64,000 nucleotides of DNA from an uncultured Acidobacteriaceae bacterium (lineage in GTDB: Bacteria; Acidobacteriota; Terriglobia; Bryobacterales; Bryobacteraceae), in contig CAWCHO010000001.1 in NCBI GenBank assembly GCA_963795425.1, positions 339,086 to 403,085 on the forward strand. Direction: 5' to 3'. The translations under genes were made by a program, and so were the position numbers. Shown piece by piece: positions 9,161 through 18,118 of the stretch. Position 1 is the first letter of the stretch. Each line of letters opens with the position of its first letter. The notes below the pieces were generated by a model. That model was given only the letters and a program-made list of their open reading frames with translations. It made no database searches and was not told the origin of the DNA.

Positions 9161-11209
9161 TTAGTAATTCAGATGGAAATTGAGGATTCCCCAGTAGAGC
9201 AAAATCCAGGAGAAACCGATGCAGGCGAGCGCGACGGCAGTGGCGAACAATCTGCTCCATAACTGACGCCCGCGGGGCGTGATAGGCGATGCGGGAGCAG
9301 TTTCCGGCGCGCGAGAATCCCGTGGGGTAGAGCGCCAGACCAGCCATGCATAATAGATCGCGACGAATGTGCCGATCACCGCGAGGATTCCCAAAAATTG
9401 CAAAAGATGGATCCACTTATCCAGAGAATCGTTGAGAGCCGTAATGTCATCGCTCTTCGAGAACACCGCAACGAATCCGGCGACTACGATGAGATCGAGC
9501 AGACAGATCAGGCGCGTGAGCAGGCGCAGGCGGCGTTCGCGAGGAGCCCATTCGAGGCGTGCGCGGTAATGCCTGCGCACCAAAGGCGAGATGGGCCAGA
9601 AGAGTACGGCGAGAATGAGGATCGCGAGGCTTGTAAAGAGGACAAAGTAATTGAACGGCTTTGATTGGAGAACGCCGACCTTCTGGAACACCATGAAGGG
9701 GAAGTCAATGCCGAAATTGGTCCTTCCGTCATAGCCCCGGTAGAACGCGATTTTTTCCTGTCCGTCGACATTCTGATAAACCCTTGGAGCGATCTCGCGG
9801 AATTTCATCGGTTTCCCATTGAAGCCATGCAGTTCCTCAACGGTGACAGTGCCGTCGGACCCGGGCTTGACTTTTGTCTCGCCGGGCATTGAGCTGACGA
9901 AAAGGAAGTTGCCTTCGAGGCGACGGCTGACCATGTAATCACCGGCGACTTGCTTCGCGTCAGAAGAGGCGGACGAGATGGCGGGCGGCGTGGGAGTGCG
10001 ATACGGAAAGTAGCGATCCAGGAAAAACTGCCAGAGGGCGGTGCGATCGCTGATGGTACTCTTACCGGCACTGTTGTAAGAGACAAAAAAGCCGAGGTTC
10101 GCATCGGGCATCAGATGGAGATCGCTGTGAAAGTAGAGCGTGTCTCCTCCATGTCCGATGATGCGGTGACCATTTCTGGTCTCTTCATAGAAGCCCAGGC
10201 ACATCGCATTGAGCGCGTCTCCAGCGGGCAACGCCTGACGCGTGTGCATCATTTGAACCGTTTGCGGCTTCAGGATTTGGGCCCCATTGTATTGCCCATT
10301 TTGAAGGTGCGCCATCATAAAGTGCGTCATGTCCATGGCCGAAACCGCACTGCTTCCAGCGGGCCACGGCTGTATGTACTCGTAGTCCTTCGCGGGTTCC
10401 GAAGCGGTCTTGTAGCCGCACGACATGAGGTCCTTCAGATTGGCCGGAAGAGGCTGATCGAAGGTGCAATGCTGCATGCCGAGAGGCTTGAAAATGTTGT
10501 CTGCAATGTACTGATCAAATGGCTTGCCGGACACCCGCTGAACAATGTAGCCCGCGAGCGTAGTTGCATAGTTTGAGTAAGCGGGCGTGGTACCGGGCGG
10601 GAATATGCGTGCCGGCATATGGTCGATCACATAGGTACGCAGAGGGGTGAGTTTTTTGGGATCGCTCACCCACATGTCCTTGGCAGTCTCACTGAAGCCC
10701 GCGCTGTGAGTCATGATATTGCGCAAGGTGATGGGCTTGTCGAACTTGGCGGGAACTTTGAAATCCAGATAGTCATTCACGTCGCGATCGAGGTCGAGCT
10801 TTCCTTGCTCGACTTGCTGCATGACTGCGGTCCAGGTGAATAGTTTCGAGATGGATCCGGGGCGGAAGAGAGTATCGGTGGGCGAGACGGGCTTTTTGGA
10901 TTTCACGTCGGCGTAGCCGTAGCCTTTTGCGAAAATCACCTTGCCGTCTTTGACAATGGTGATCACCGCGCCGGCGATGTCGTCGCGCTCGAGCGAGAGC
11001 GGCATGAGGCCATCGAGGAACGCTTCGATGTCGGCACTTTCGAGTGCATGCGTGGAGGTGGGAGCGTTTGCCTCGATCTTCGGCTCAGGTTGAGGCTTGG
11101 GAACGAGTGGACCTTGCTTCAGGGTTTGCGAAGCGGCCGCAAACACCGCGATGAGTATTACGACGGCGACACGGACGTGCGCGGCAGAGCCAAGCTTTTT
11201 AGGGGGCAT
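9161..11209 (-). CDS. Beta-lactamase-fold serine hydrolase fused to a C-terminal multi-TM domain
   Basis: Signal peptide, SxxK 'GSISKLF', YxN 'YSNYA', 'GHGGDT'. The last roughly 170 residues contain about four hydrophobic helices. Confidence 0.85.
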   Translation of the reverse strand: MPPKKLGSAAHVRVAVVILIAVFAAASQTLKQGPLVPKPQPEPKIEANAPTSTHALESADIEAFLDGLMPLSLERDDIAGAVITIVKDGKVIFAKGYGYADVKSKKPVSPTDTLFRPGSISKLFTWTAVMQQVEQGKLDLDRDVNDYLDFKVPAKFDKPITLRNIMTHSAGFSETAKDMWVSDPKKLTPLRTYVIDHMPARIFPPGTTPAYSNYATTLAGYIVQRVSGKPFDQYIADNIFKPLGMQHCTFDQPLPANLKDLMSCGYKTASEPAKDYEYIQPWPAGSSAVSAMDMTHFMMAHLQNGQYNGAQILKPQTVQMMHTRQALPAGDALNAMCLGFYEETRNGHRIIGHGGDTLYFHSDLHLMPDANLGFFVSYNSAGKSTISDRTALWQFFLDRYFPYRTPTPPAISSASSDAKQVAGDYMVSRRLEGNFLFVSSMPGETKVKPGSDGTVTVEELHGFNGKPMKFREIAPRVYQNVDGQEKIAFYRGYDGRTNFGIDFPFMVFQKVGVLQSKPFNYFVLFTSLAILILAVLFWPISPLVRRHYRARLEWAPRERRLRLLTRLICLLDLIVVAGFVAVFSKSDDITALNDSLDKWIHLLQFLGILAVIGTFVAIYYAWLVWRSTPRDSRAPETAPASPITPRGRQLWSRLFATAVALACIGFSWILLYWGILNFHLNY

Positions 11210-11235
11210 AAAGGTTTTCTGTAATCAGCTAGCGA

Positions 11236-14200
11236 TCAAAAATTCAACTTCAAAGCGAATTGGATAATGCGCGGATTGACGGCGAGCGAGGTAATCTGGC
11301 CCAAAGCTGGAGACGAATAGTCCGTGACCGGATTTGAGAACTGCGGGTGATTGAAGGCATTGAAGAACTCCGCGCGGAATTCCAGATTCGCCTTCTCATT
11401 CGGCCAGCCCAGGGGGAAATGCTTTGCAGCTGAAACGTCCCAGTTATCCTGCGGCGGTCCGGTTACGATGCCGACGCCGCTGTTTCCGAATCCAGTGCCT
11501 ATGCCGTCAGCGCCGATGATGGGAGGCGGCGCGAGGCAGCTCGTGTTGAAGTAGTTGTTCAATTTACTTTGGATAGAACCGGGAGTGACAAGCTGACCGT
11601 AAGTGCAGCCAGACGCGATCTCGGCACGATCGTAGGAGATCCCAAACACGTTGTTCGCGTTATCACCGTTCAGGAGCGTAAGGCGTTGGCCGGATTGAAT
11701 GGTGGTTACTCCGGCGATGGACCATCCGCCCGCCACCTGCGCTAGAAATGACTTCGAGTTCTTCAGCCACGGCAGCTCGTATACGTAACTGACGACGAGG
11801 CGGTGCTCGCGGATGAACTCGTCCGGTCCGTAGCGAGACGCAGGGCTATTCTGGTTGCCGGTGGCCAAACCACCGTTGGCATTGTCGCTGGTGGAGGTAT
11901 CCGTCGCAAGATCGCGCGCGAAGGTGTAAGCCACCAGAAATTGCAGGCCATTACTGAAGCGCTTGTTGAGGCTTACCTCGAGCGAGTTATACCAGGACGC
12001 GCCAGCGGACTCGATCTCCTGGATCCCCGGGTATGACGCCCATCCCTCAATCGGAACGCGCAGCGGGACGTTGGCGACGGTGTTGGTGGTTTGGCCCCGG
12101 ATAGGATTCTGCGCGCTGGCGAGAGAAGCCTGATTTAACGAGCGTTCATTAAGAAGGTGCAAGCCGCGCTGGCCCACGTATCCGACTTCCAGCACGAGAT
12201 CTTTGGTGAGCTGCGTTTGCAGATTCATGTTGTAGGTCTGGATCAACGGCGGGCGAAAATTGGCTGCAAAGGTGGTGGTGGAGAAAGCCGTCGAAGGCGT
12301 ATAGGGAGTGAAGGACGGAAGGGTCGGGACTGGCGGGAAGGGATTCTGCAGGGTCGCTGCGGCATTGGGCGCGCCGACTAACTCGCGTAGATCTGCAAAC
12401 GGCTGACCGGTGAGCAGTTGGATGAAGGGTTGCCCGGTGATGCGCGAGCGGAAGGTGCCGTAGCCGCCGCGCAGCACGAAACGCTCCGTGTGAGGCAGCC
12501 GGTAGGCAAAACCGATACGCGGATTCCAGGTGTTTTGACCGTTGCCATTGATTCCCAGATTGTTGCCGATCTGCGTGACGCCGGGCGGTATGGTTCCCTG
12601 ATAATTTGAGGGGACAACATATCCAGCGAGGCTGCCCGTGGCGGGTGGATTGGGATTGGCGAGGCCGAAATTGAAGGCGCTGTTGCGGCCGAGATTATCG
12701 CCCTGATCGCCTAAACGCTCATAGCGGAAGCCGAGGTTAAGCGTCAAGCGCTCGCTGACCTTGAAATCGTCCTGAATAAACGCGTCGCCGTCGAGAATTC
12801 GCCAGCGGCGATCGAAGAGGCCGGGGAGATCGATCGAGAGGTAAACATTGCTAAACAGGCCCGTGCCATTCTGCGCGCCGTTTAAGCCGAGTAAGAAATC
12901 GGGGAAGCTGAGAAATAACATCCCGCCGAAGTAATGAAAGTCGGTGAGGTCGTTATAGTAGCGGGAAATGCCGCCGCCAAAGCGGAGCGAGTGGCGCCCC
13001 AGAGTATAAGAAAGAACATCCTTTACGCTATACGTGGTGCGCTCCAACTGCTGACCCTGCCCATTGCCCCCGAGCGCGAGAGACCCGTTGAATCCGATTA
13101 CGGGCACCACGTTGTCAAACGGTGCTGCGGTGATCCCGACGTCGGAGTAATTGAATGCTTCCTTCTGATCGAGACTCAAGGGTACGAGGGTAAAAGCGAA
13201 ATCGGCTTCGTTAAATAAATTGGGACCGAAAGAGTAGCTATGCGAAAACGACAGATTGTAGAACTTTACGCTCGTGATGGCAGGGAAGCCCGGCGAGGTG
13301 GTTCCCACTTGCGACATGGGCAGAGTGACATTCTGGTTATCGTTGCCGACAAAGAATCTGACTGAAAACTTACTCTTTTCGCTCTGTAAGTAGTCACCGT
13401 TCGCAAGGTACTGATCTTCGCTGAACGAACAGGGAACGCTGAACGCCGAGAAGCCCTGGACGGCGAAAGGCTTCGAGGGATTGACCGTTTGGGGCGTGGG
13501 AATGAGGTACTGGCCGTTGGGAAGCTTGTATTGGAGGAGCGCGAGCGCCGCTGGATTAATATTCGAGCCATCGGCGGCAATCGCCGGACCGACACCCCCG
13601 AACGCATTTTGGAGCACTCCTCGCTGGCCGGCGAAGAGCTTGCCGATGGCCGCGGCGGAACGATCATTTGTAAAGGGCGGGCTTGAAAAGGCCGAAGAGC
13701 ATTGGGACCCAAGGCCGTTCAGCTGGCGCGTGCCCTGATAGGAACCAAAAAAGAAGATCTTGTCTTTCTTGATGGGACCTCCAAAGGTAGCTCCGAACTG
13801 ATTTTGACGGAGGATTCCTTTAGGCTGACCGGTCTCATTCAAGAAAAAATCATTGGCATTCAGTTTTTCATTGCGGAAGTACTCCCAAAGACTCCCGTGA
13901 AATTGATTGGTGCCGCTTTTCGTAATGACATTAACGTTGGCTCCGGCGTCTCGGCCAGAAGCAGCGTCGTACTGTCCGGTTTGCACCTTAAACTCTTGAA
14001 TCGCGTCGGGATTCGGAATCGGGATGCCACCGCTAAAACTGCCGCTCGCCTGAATGTCATTGACGTCGACACCATCCATCTGGAAATTGTTATCTGATGT
14101 TGTACTGCCATGCGAAACGGTCGCCGGTGCCCCCGCAACCTGTCCCGTGCCTCCGCGGCCCAGATCCGCCGCGTTGTTCACGTCGGTGGAAATGCCTGGA

Positions 14201-14691
14201 TTGAGACCAATAATTTGTGTGTAATTGCGGGTCACGAGAGGCAGTGCGTTGATGGCCTCGGTGGAGGTGACGCGACCGAGCGCGGTGGTATCGGTTTGCA
14301 GCTGTTCGGACGCCGCTTCGACTGTCAATTGCTGGTTGGTTTGCCCGATTTCGAGGTGTGTCACCAGAGCGTCGGTCTCGGTAACCACGACCTGGACACC
14401 TTCCTGAATACTGACCTTGAAACCTGGCTTGGTGGTCTCGACACGATACCCGCCCGGAGGCAGCAACGGAACGACCCAATTGCCATTCGCCTGTGAGACT
14501 GTGTTGCGTGTCTCACCCGTAGACTGACTGACGACCTTCACCTGAGCGCCCGCCACCAGCGCGCCCGAGGGGTCAACGATAGTACCGGAGAGCGCACCCG
14601 TGCCGGAAGTCTGGCCCGAGCTCGGGAGGACGCTCAGAATCAGAACGCCAGCCCAAAGTGAAACGAACGTCGCAGCGCGAAAGCTCAACAT
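11236..14691 (-). CDS. TonB-dependent receptor, acidobacterial type with CarboxypepD_reg-like N-domain
   Basis: Signal peptide MLSFRAATFVSLWAGV..., then 'GALSGTIVDPSGALVAGAQVKV'. The body is beta-rich and over 1100 aa, and it ends '...ALKLNF'. An alternative upstream ATG is at 14733. Confidence 0.85.
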   Translation of the reverse strand: MLSFRAATFVSLWAGVLILSVLPSSGQTSGTGALSGTIVDPSGALVAGAQVKVVSQSTGETRNTVSQANGNWVVPLLPPGGYRVETTKPGFKVSIQEGVQVVVTETDALVTHLEIGQTNQQLTVEAASEQLQTDTTALGRVTSTEAINALPLVTRNYTQIIGLNPGISTDVNNAADLGRGGTGQVAGAPATVSHGSTTSDNNFQMDGVDVNDIQASGSFSGGIPIPNPDAIQEFKVQTGQYDAASGRDAGANVNVITKSGTNQFHGSLWEYFRNEKLNANDFFLNETGQPKGILRQNQFGATFGGPIKKDKIFFFGSYQGTRQLNGLGSQCSSAFSSPPFTNDRSAAAIGKLFAGQRGVLQNAFGGVGPAIAADGSNINPAALALLQYKLPNGQYLIPTPQTVNPSKPFAVQGFSAFSVPCSFSEDQYLANGDYLQSEKSKFSVRFFVGNDNQNVTLPMSQVGTTSPGFPAITSVKFYNLSFSHSYSFGPNLFNEADFAFTLVPLSLDQKEAFNYSDVGITAAPFDNVVPVIGFNGSLALGGNGQGQQLERTTYSVKDVLSYTLGRHSLRFGGGISRYYNDLTDFHYFGGMLFLSFPDFLLGLNGAQNGTGLFSNVYLSIDLPGLFDRRWRILDGDAFIQDDFKVSERLTLNLGFRYERLGDQGDNLGRNSAFNFGLANPNPPATGSLAGYVVPSNYQGTIPPGVTQIGNNLGINGNGQNTWNPRIGFAYRLPHTERFVLRGGYGTFRSRITGQPFIQLLTGQPFADLRELVGAPNAAATLQNPFPPVPTLPSFTPYTPSTAFSTTTFAANFRPPLIQTYNMNLQTQLTKDLVLEVGYVGQRGLHLLNERSLNQASLASAQNPIRGQTTNTVANVPLRVPIEGWASYPGIQEIESAGASWYNSLEVSLNKRFSNGLQFLVAYTFARDLATDTSTSDNANGGLATGNQNSPASRYGPDEFIREHRLVVSYVYELPWLKNSKSFLAQVAGGWSIAGVTTIQSGQRLTLLNGDNANNVFGISYDRAEIASGCTYGQLVTPGSIQSKLNNYFNTSCLAPPPIIGADGIGTGFGNSGVGIVTGPPQDNWDVSAAKHFPLGWPNEKANLEFRAEFFNAFNHPQFSNPVTDYSSPALGQITSLAVNPRIIQFALKLNF

Positions 14692-14868
14692 AACCTGCCC
14701 CTTTTCGGAAGGCCGCTTGGCCCCGACTTGCACGGAAGATGCCTGGCCGGCGAAGCTCGGCTCCGCGAATCTCCGCGTTAAGTAAATTAGAGAAAGTGTG
14801 CACCAACTGTTGCACCCTTGTCAAGTGCGCGGTAAATAGATTGAGACGGCCCCTGGCGGGCGTGCCGA

Positions 14869-15777
14869 TTACGGGTCGTGGTTCTGATACCAGCGCGCCC
14901 CGGAAGTGTACTCCTGTTCGTTGCGGCGCAGGCGCTCGAGCGTCCGCTTGGGGTGTATGTGTGCGACCGCGGAAATGATGGCATTGATGGCCGCGAGCGG
15001 CGCGACGTAAGAGCCGGTGAATACGGTACTCGAGATCGGCGTCACGATATGTTCATCGCAGAATCGCGCAATCGGGGTAACCTCGCTATCAGTGATGCCG
15101 AAAGTGAATACACCGCGCGATTTGGCGTGCCGAACGCTCTCGACGGTATCGCGCAGACAGCGCCCGAAGCTGATCGCGATTAGCAGATCTGTCTTATCGA
15201 GCAGATCCACGGTGTGCCGCAAGTTGCCCGAGCTTCCGGTTGGCGCGTCGGAGTAAAAGCCCTGTACGCGGAGACTGTAGGCGAACGCTCCAGCAAGAAA
15301 CGCGGCGAAATCCACGCCAATCACTAGAGTTCGCTGCGATTTTTGAATACGTTCGGCGACGAGCAAGATGCGAGTGGTATCGAGGCCCGCCAAGAGAGCT
15401 GTCAGGTTTTCCGTGTCGCGCTCGATATTGTGTCGAATTCTATCCGCCAAGGGGCGCCGGTCACGGGTGGTGGCGCGCATGACGGTATAGGGCGTAATGC
15501 GAGTCACGAAATGGTTCCGCAAATCGCTGGCAAAGTCGGCGAAGCGGTCATAACCGAGCGCCTGAATCGTACGTACGATTGTGGCCGCGTTGACGTTGTA
15601 TCGTTTGGCGAGTTCCCGGGAGGAAAGGAAGTAATTATCCTCCGGGTGCTCGAGGATGGACCGGATCAGATCGCGACGGCTGCCGTTCAACTTGCGCTGA
15701 GCCTGAGCGAAGCGCGTCTCGAGCTCCGTCGCAGATCTCACTGGAGCTCGGTCGTGTGCCTCACCTCGGACGGGCAT
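14869..15777 (-). CDS. RpiR/MurR-family transcriptional regulator (HTH + SIS domain)
   Basis: N-terminal 'SSRELAKRYNVNAATIVRTIQALGY' HTH_6-like segment, followed by a SIS-like phosphosugar-binding half. Confidence 0.85.
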   Translation of the reverse strand: MPVRGEAHDRAPVRSATELETRFAQAQRKLNGSRRDLIRSILEHPEDNYFLSSRELAKRYNVNAATIVRTIQALGYDRFADFASDLRNHFVTRITPYTVMRATTRDRRPLADRIRHNIERDTENLTALLAGLDTTRILLVAERIQKSQRTLVIGVDFAAFLAGAFAYSLRVQGFYSDAPTGSSGNLRHTVDLLDKTDLLIAISFGRCLRDTVESVRHAKSRGVFTFGITDSEVTPIARFCDEHIVTPISSTVFTGSYVAPLAAINAIISAVAHIHPKRTLERLRRNEQEYTSGARWYQNHDP

Positions 15778-15895
15778 GTGTCTCTCCGAACCGGGACGGA
15801 CCAGGTTAGATGCCGCAGAATAGCAGAAAAGACGGGACGGTGCAATATGTGTTGCACGCCCCCGGGGTTTTCAAATCGTTTCGGCCTCCGTCGTT

Positions 15896-18049
15896 CTAGA
15901 ATTTGCTGCGAACGCCTTCCCCGATCTGCTCCTGTTGTTTCAGCGTGCGGTCAAAGAAGTCTGCAGTGGCGCCGTAAGCCCTGATGAAGCTCTTCCACAT
16001 CAGGAATCCATGAATCTCGTCAGGCAATACCAGCTGCTCAAAAGGCACGTGATTATCACGCAGCCGCTGCGCCAGATCCACGGTCTGCTCGAAGGGAACG
16101 TTGCGGTCGTCGTCGCCCTGAATCAGCAGCACGGGCGAGCGCCAGCTATTGACGTATGCATCCGGCGAGGATTCCCACGCGAGCTTGACGGCAGCCTCTG
16201 TATCGGGAGGCCGCAGCGCGAGATTGCCAAAATCCGGCCGCTGTGTCAGAAACACCGACCAATCGTGCACGCCGTGAAAGTCTACTCCTGCCTTGAAAAT
16301 ATCGGAGTTCTTTGCTAATCCCATGGCGGTTAGGAACCCGCCGTACGATCCGCCCCACAAGCCCACGCGTTGCGAATCGACTTGCGGCAGCGCCTGCAAG
16401 TATTTGGCGGCGGCAACGATGTCTTTATATTCGGCTGCGCCGCGCCATATGGTATTCGGTGCCTCACGGAAGTCGCGCCCATACATGACGCCGAGCCGGT
16501 AGTTCACCGAGAGCACCTCGTATCCTCGGCTAGCGAGGTACTGGTTCATCGCATAGGCGTCGTGATAGTAGTCCATGTAGTGGAAGCCGAGCAGCATTTG
16601 CCGAACGGGCCCACCGTGCATAAAGACTAGGCCGGGCAATTTCTTGCCTGCTGCATTCTTCGGGACAAAAAGTTGTCCGTGCAGCGTCACTCCGTCTTCG
16701 CTTTTGAAGATCACCTGTTGCGGTGTAACCAACTGTGCACTGGGGAAAGTTTCGGGAAGCGCCTGCCTGGCAAACATCTCGCGGCCGTGCCCGGTGAGCG
16801 CGTACGGCATTGCCGGCGAGGTTGCGGTCGAACCGAGGCACACGATTTTGTCGCCATTCTCAGTGACGACCGGAGACCACTCGATGGTCGCTCCCTGCGC
16901 GAGCGGTTGCTGCGGCTGACCGCCTGCTGCCTGAACACGCCAAATGTGACGTCGATCAACATCATCCTGGTTGGAGCTATAGATCACCCACTTCCGGTCG
17001 GGACTGAGAACAACGTCTTCCACGTCGAAATCGCCGGGCGTGAGCAGCACCGGCGCGCCACCAACTACGGGGATTGAATAAAGGTGGTTGCGCCCGTCCT
17101 GCTCAGAAGCAAAAACTATGCGGTTGTCGCCGAAAGAAAACGAACCATCCTCAGTGAGCTCGGGTAAGGAATCGCGCGGCGCGATGCCGCTGTGCCAAAG
17201 CTCGTGACCTTGTCCACTCGTTGCGTCGGCAATCCATATTGCCCATGGCCTGGGTCTTACCGGGATTAGCGGTTCCTTCTGCTCGGTACCGTTGGTCTTC
17301 ACATACGCGATCCACTTGCTGTCGGCGGACCAGCGCGGCAGGTCGTCTTTATCCACGCTCGGTGCAAGATAGTGCAGGAAGTGAGCGCCCAGACCGTACA
17401 CGCCGATGAAGTTGTGATCGCCGCGATCGCTGACGAACGCGATGCTATTCGAATCCGGAGACCATTTGGGTTCGCTCACGTTGCCGCGAATGTAGGCCAA
17501 CTCCTTCGCTTGCTGCTTGCCATCCACGCTCGCCAGCCAAAGCTTCTTCTTCGCCGCCCAAACCGCCCACTTTCCGTCAGGTGAGATTTCAATATCCTCG
17601 CAACCTTCTTCCGGACAACCCATTTCACCCAGAAGGCGTGGCGGCTCAGTCGAATCGACATCCTTCGCCCAAACCTGTTGCTTGGGCTGATGGACGCTGT
17701 GGTCGGGATCGGCGCTCTCGCCTTGCTCGTTCAGCTCACTGCCTCGCGCATAAAGAATGGTTCTGTCATCGGGCGTCAGCCGTAAGCTGGCAATCGGCTG
17801 CCCGTCATCGCCGGTATAGTGAGTCACCTGGCGTGCTGTCCGAGCGAAGTCAGGCCCATCCGCCACCCATACGTTGCGTTCACCCTTCGCATCGAAGACC
17901 CAGGCCACACGGCTGCCCCGTTTGGCCGCCGTGAGTTCAGAAGGAAACGGCGAGCTCATTACTTGCTCGAGAGTGAATGTCTGCGGCGATGCGGAAATCG
18001 AGAAAAAGAAAACAGCAGCAACTGCAAGTAAGAGTTTGTGTGGTCGCAT
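15896..18049 (-). CDS. S9-family serine peptidase (beta-propeller + prolyl-oligopeptidase-type hydrolase), exported
   Basis: Signal peptide, TolB/DPP-like WD-type repeats (WSPD..), nucleophile elbow 'GLWGGSYGG', distal 'GDDDRNVP' and 'DEIHGF' catalytic Asp/His regions. Confidence 0.9.
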   Translation of the reverse strand: MRPHKLLLAVAAVFFFSISASPQTFTLEQVMSSPFPSELTAAKRGSRVAWVFDAKGERNVWVADGPDFARTARQVTHYTGDDGQPIASLRLTPDDRTILYARGSELNEQGESADPDHSVHQPKQQVWAKDVDSTEPPRLLGEMGCPEEGCEDIEISPDGKWAVWAAKKKLWLASVDGKQQAKELAYIRGNVSEPKWSPDSNSIAFVSDRGDHNFIGVYGLGAHFLHYLAPSVDKDDLPRWSADSKWIAYVKTNGTEQKEPLIPVRPRPWAIWIADATSGQGHELWHSGIAPRDSLPELTEDGSFSFGDNRIVFASEQDGRNHLYSIPVVGGAPVLLTPGDFDVEDVVLSPDRKWVIYSSNQDDVDRRHIWRVQAAGGQPQQPLAQGATIEWSPVVTENGDKIVCLGSTATSPAMPYALTGHGREMFARQALPETFPSAQLVTPQQVIFKSEDGVTLHGQLFVPKNAAGKKLPGLVFMHGGPVRQMLLGFHYMDYYHDAYAMNQYLASRGYEVLSVNYRLGVMYGRDFREAPNTIWRGAAEYKDIVAAAKYLQALPQVDSQRVGLWGGSYGGFLTAMGLAKNSDIFKAGVDFHGVHDWSVFLTQRPDFGNLALRPPDTEAAVKLAWESSPDAYVNSWRSPVLLIQGDDDRNVPFEQTVDLAQRLRDNHVPFEQLVLPDEIHGFLMWKSFIRAYGATADFFDRTLKQQEQIGEGVRSKF

Positions 18050-18118
18050 AAACTGCTCAGTCTAACGCCAACTGTTTCGCGAGTCTCTCGAACGGTCGAC
18101 TTCGTGCCGGCTGGAGTC

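Noticed and set aside
14800-14830. Sigma-70 promoter from the perfect TTGACA (minus strand, plus-strand TGTCAA at 14819-14824) upstream of the second receptor
   Set aside because: No acceptable -10 hexamer lies at 16-18 nt spacing, and acidobacterial promoter consensus is poorly known. I left it uncalled.
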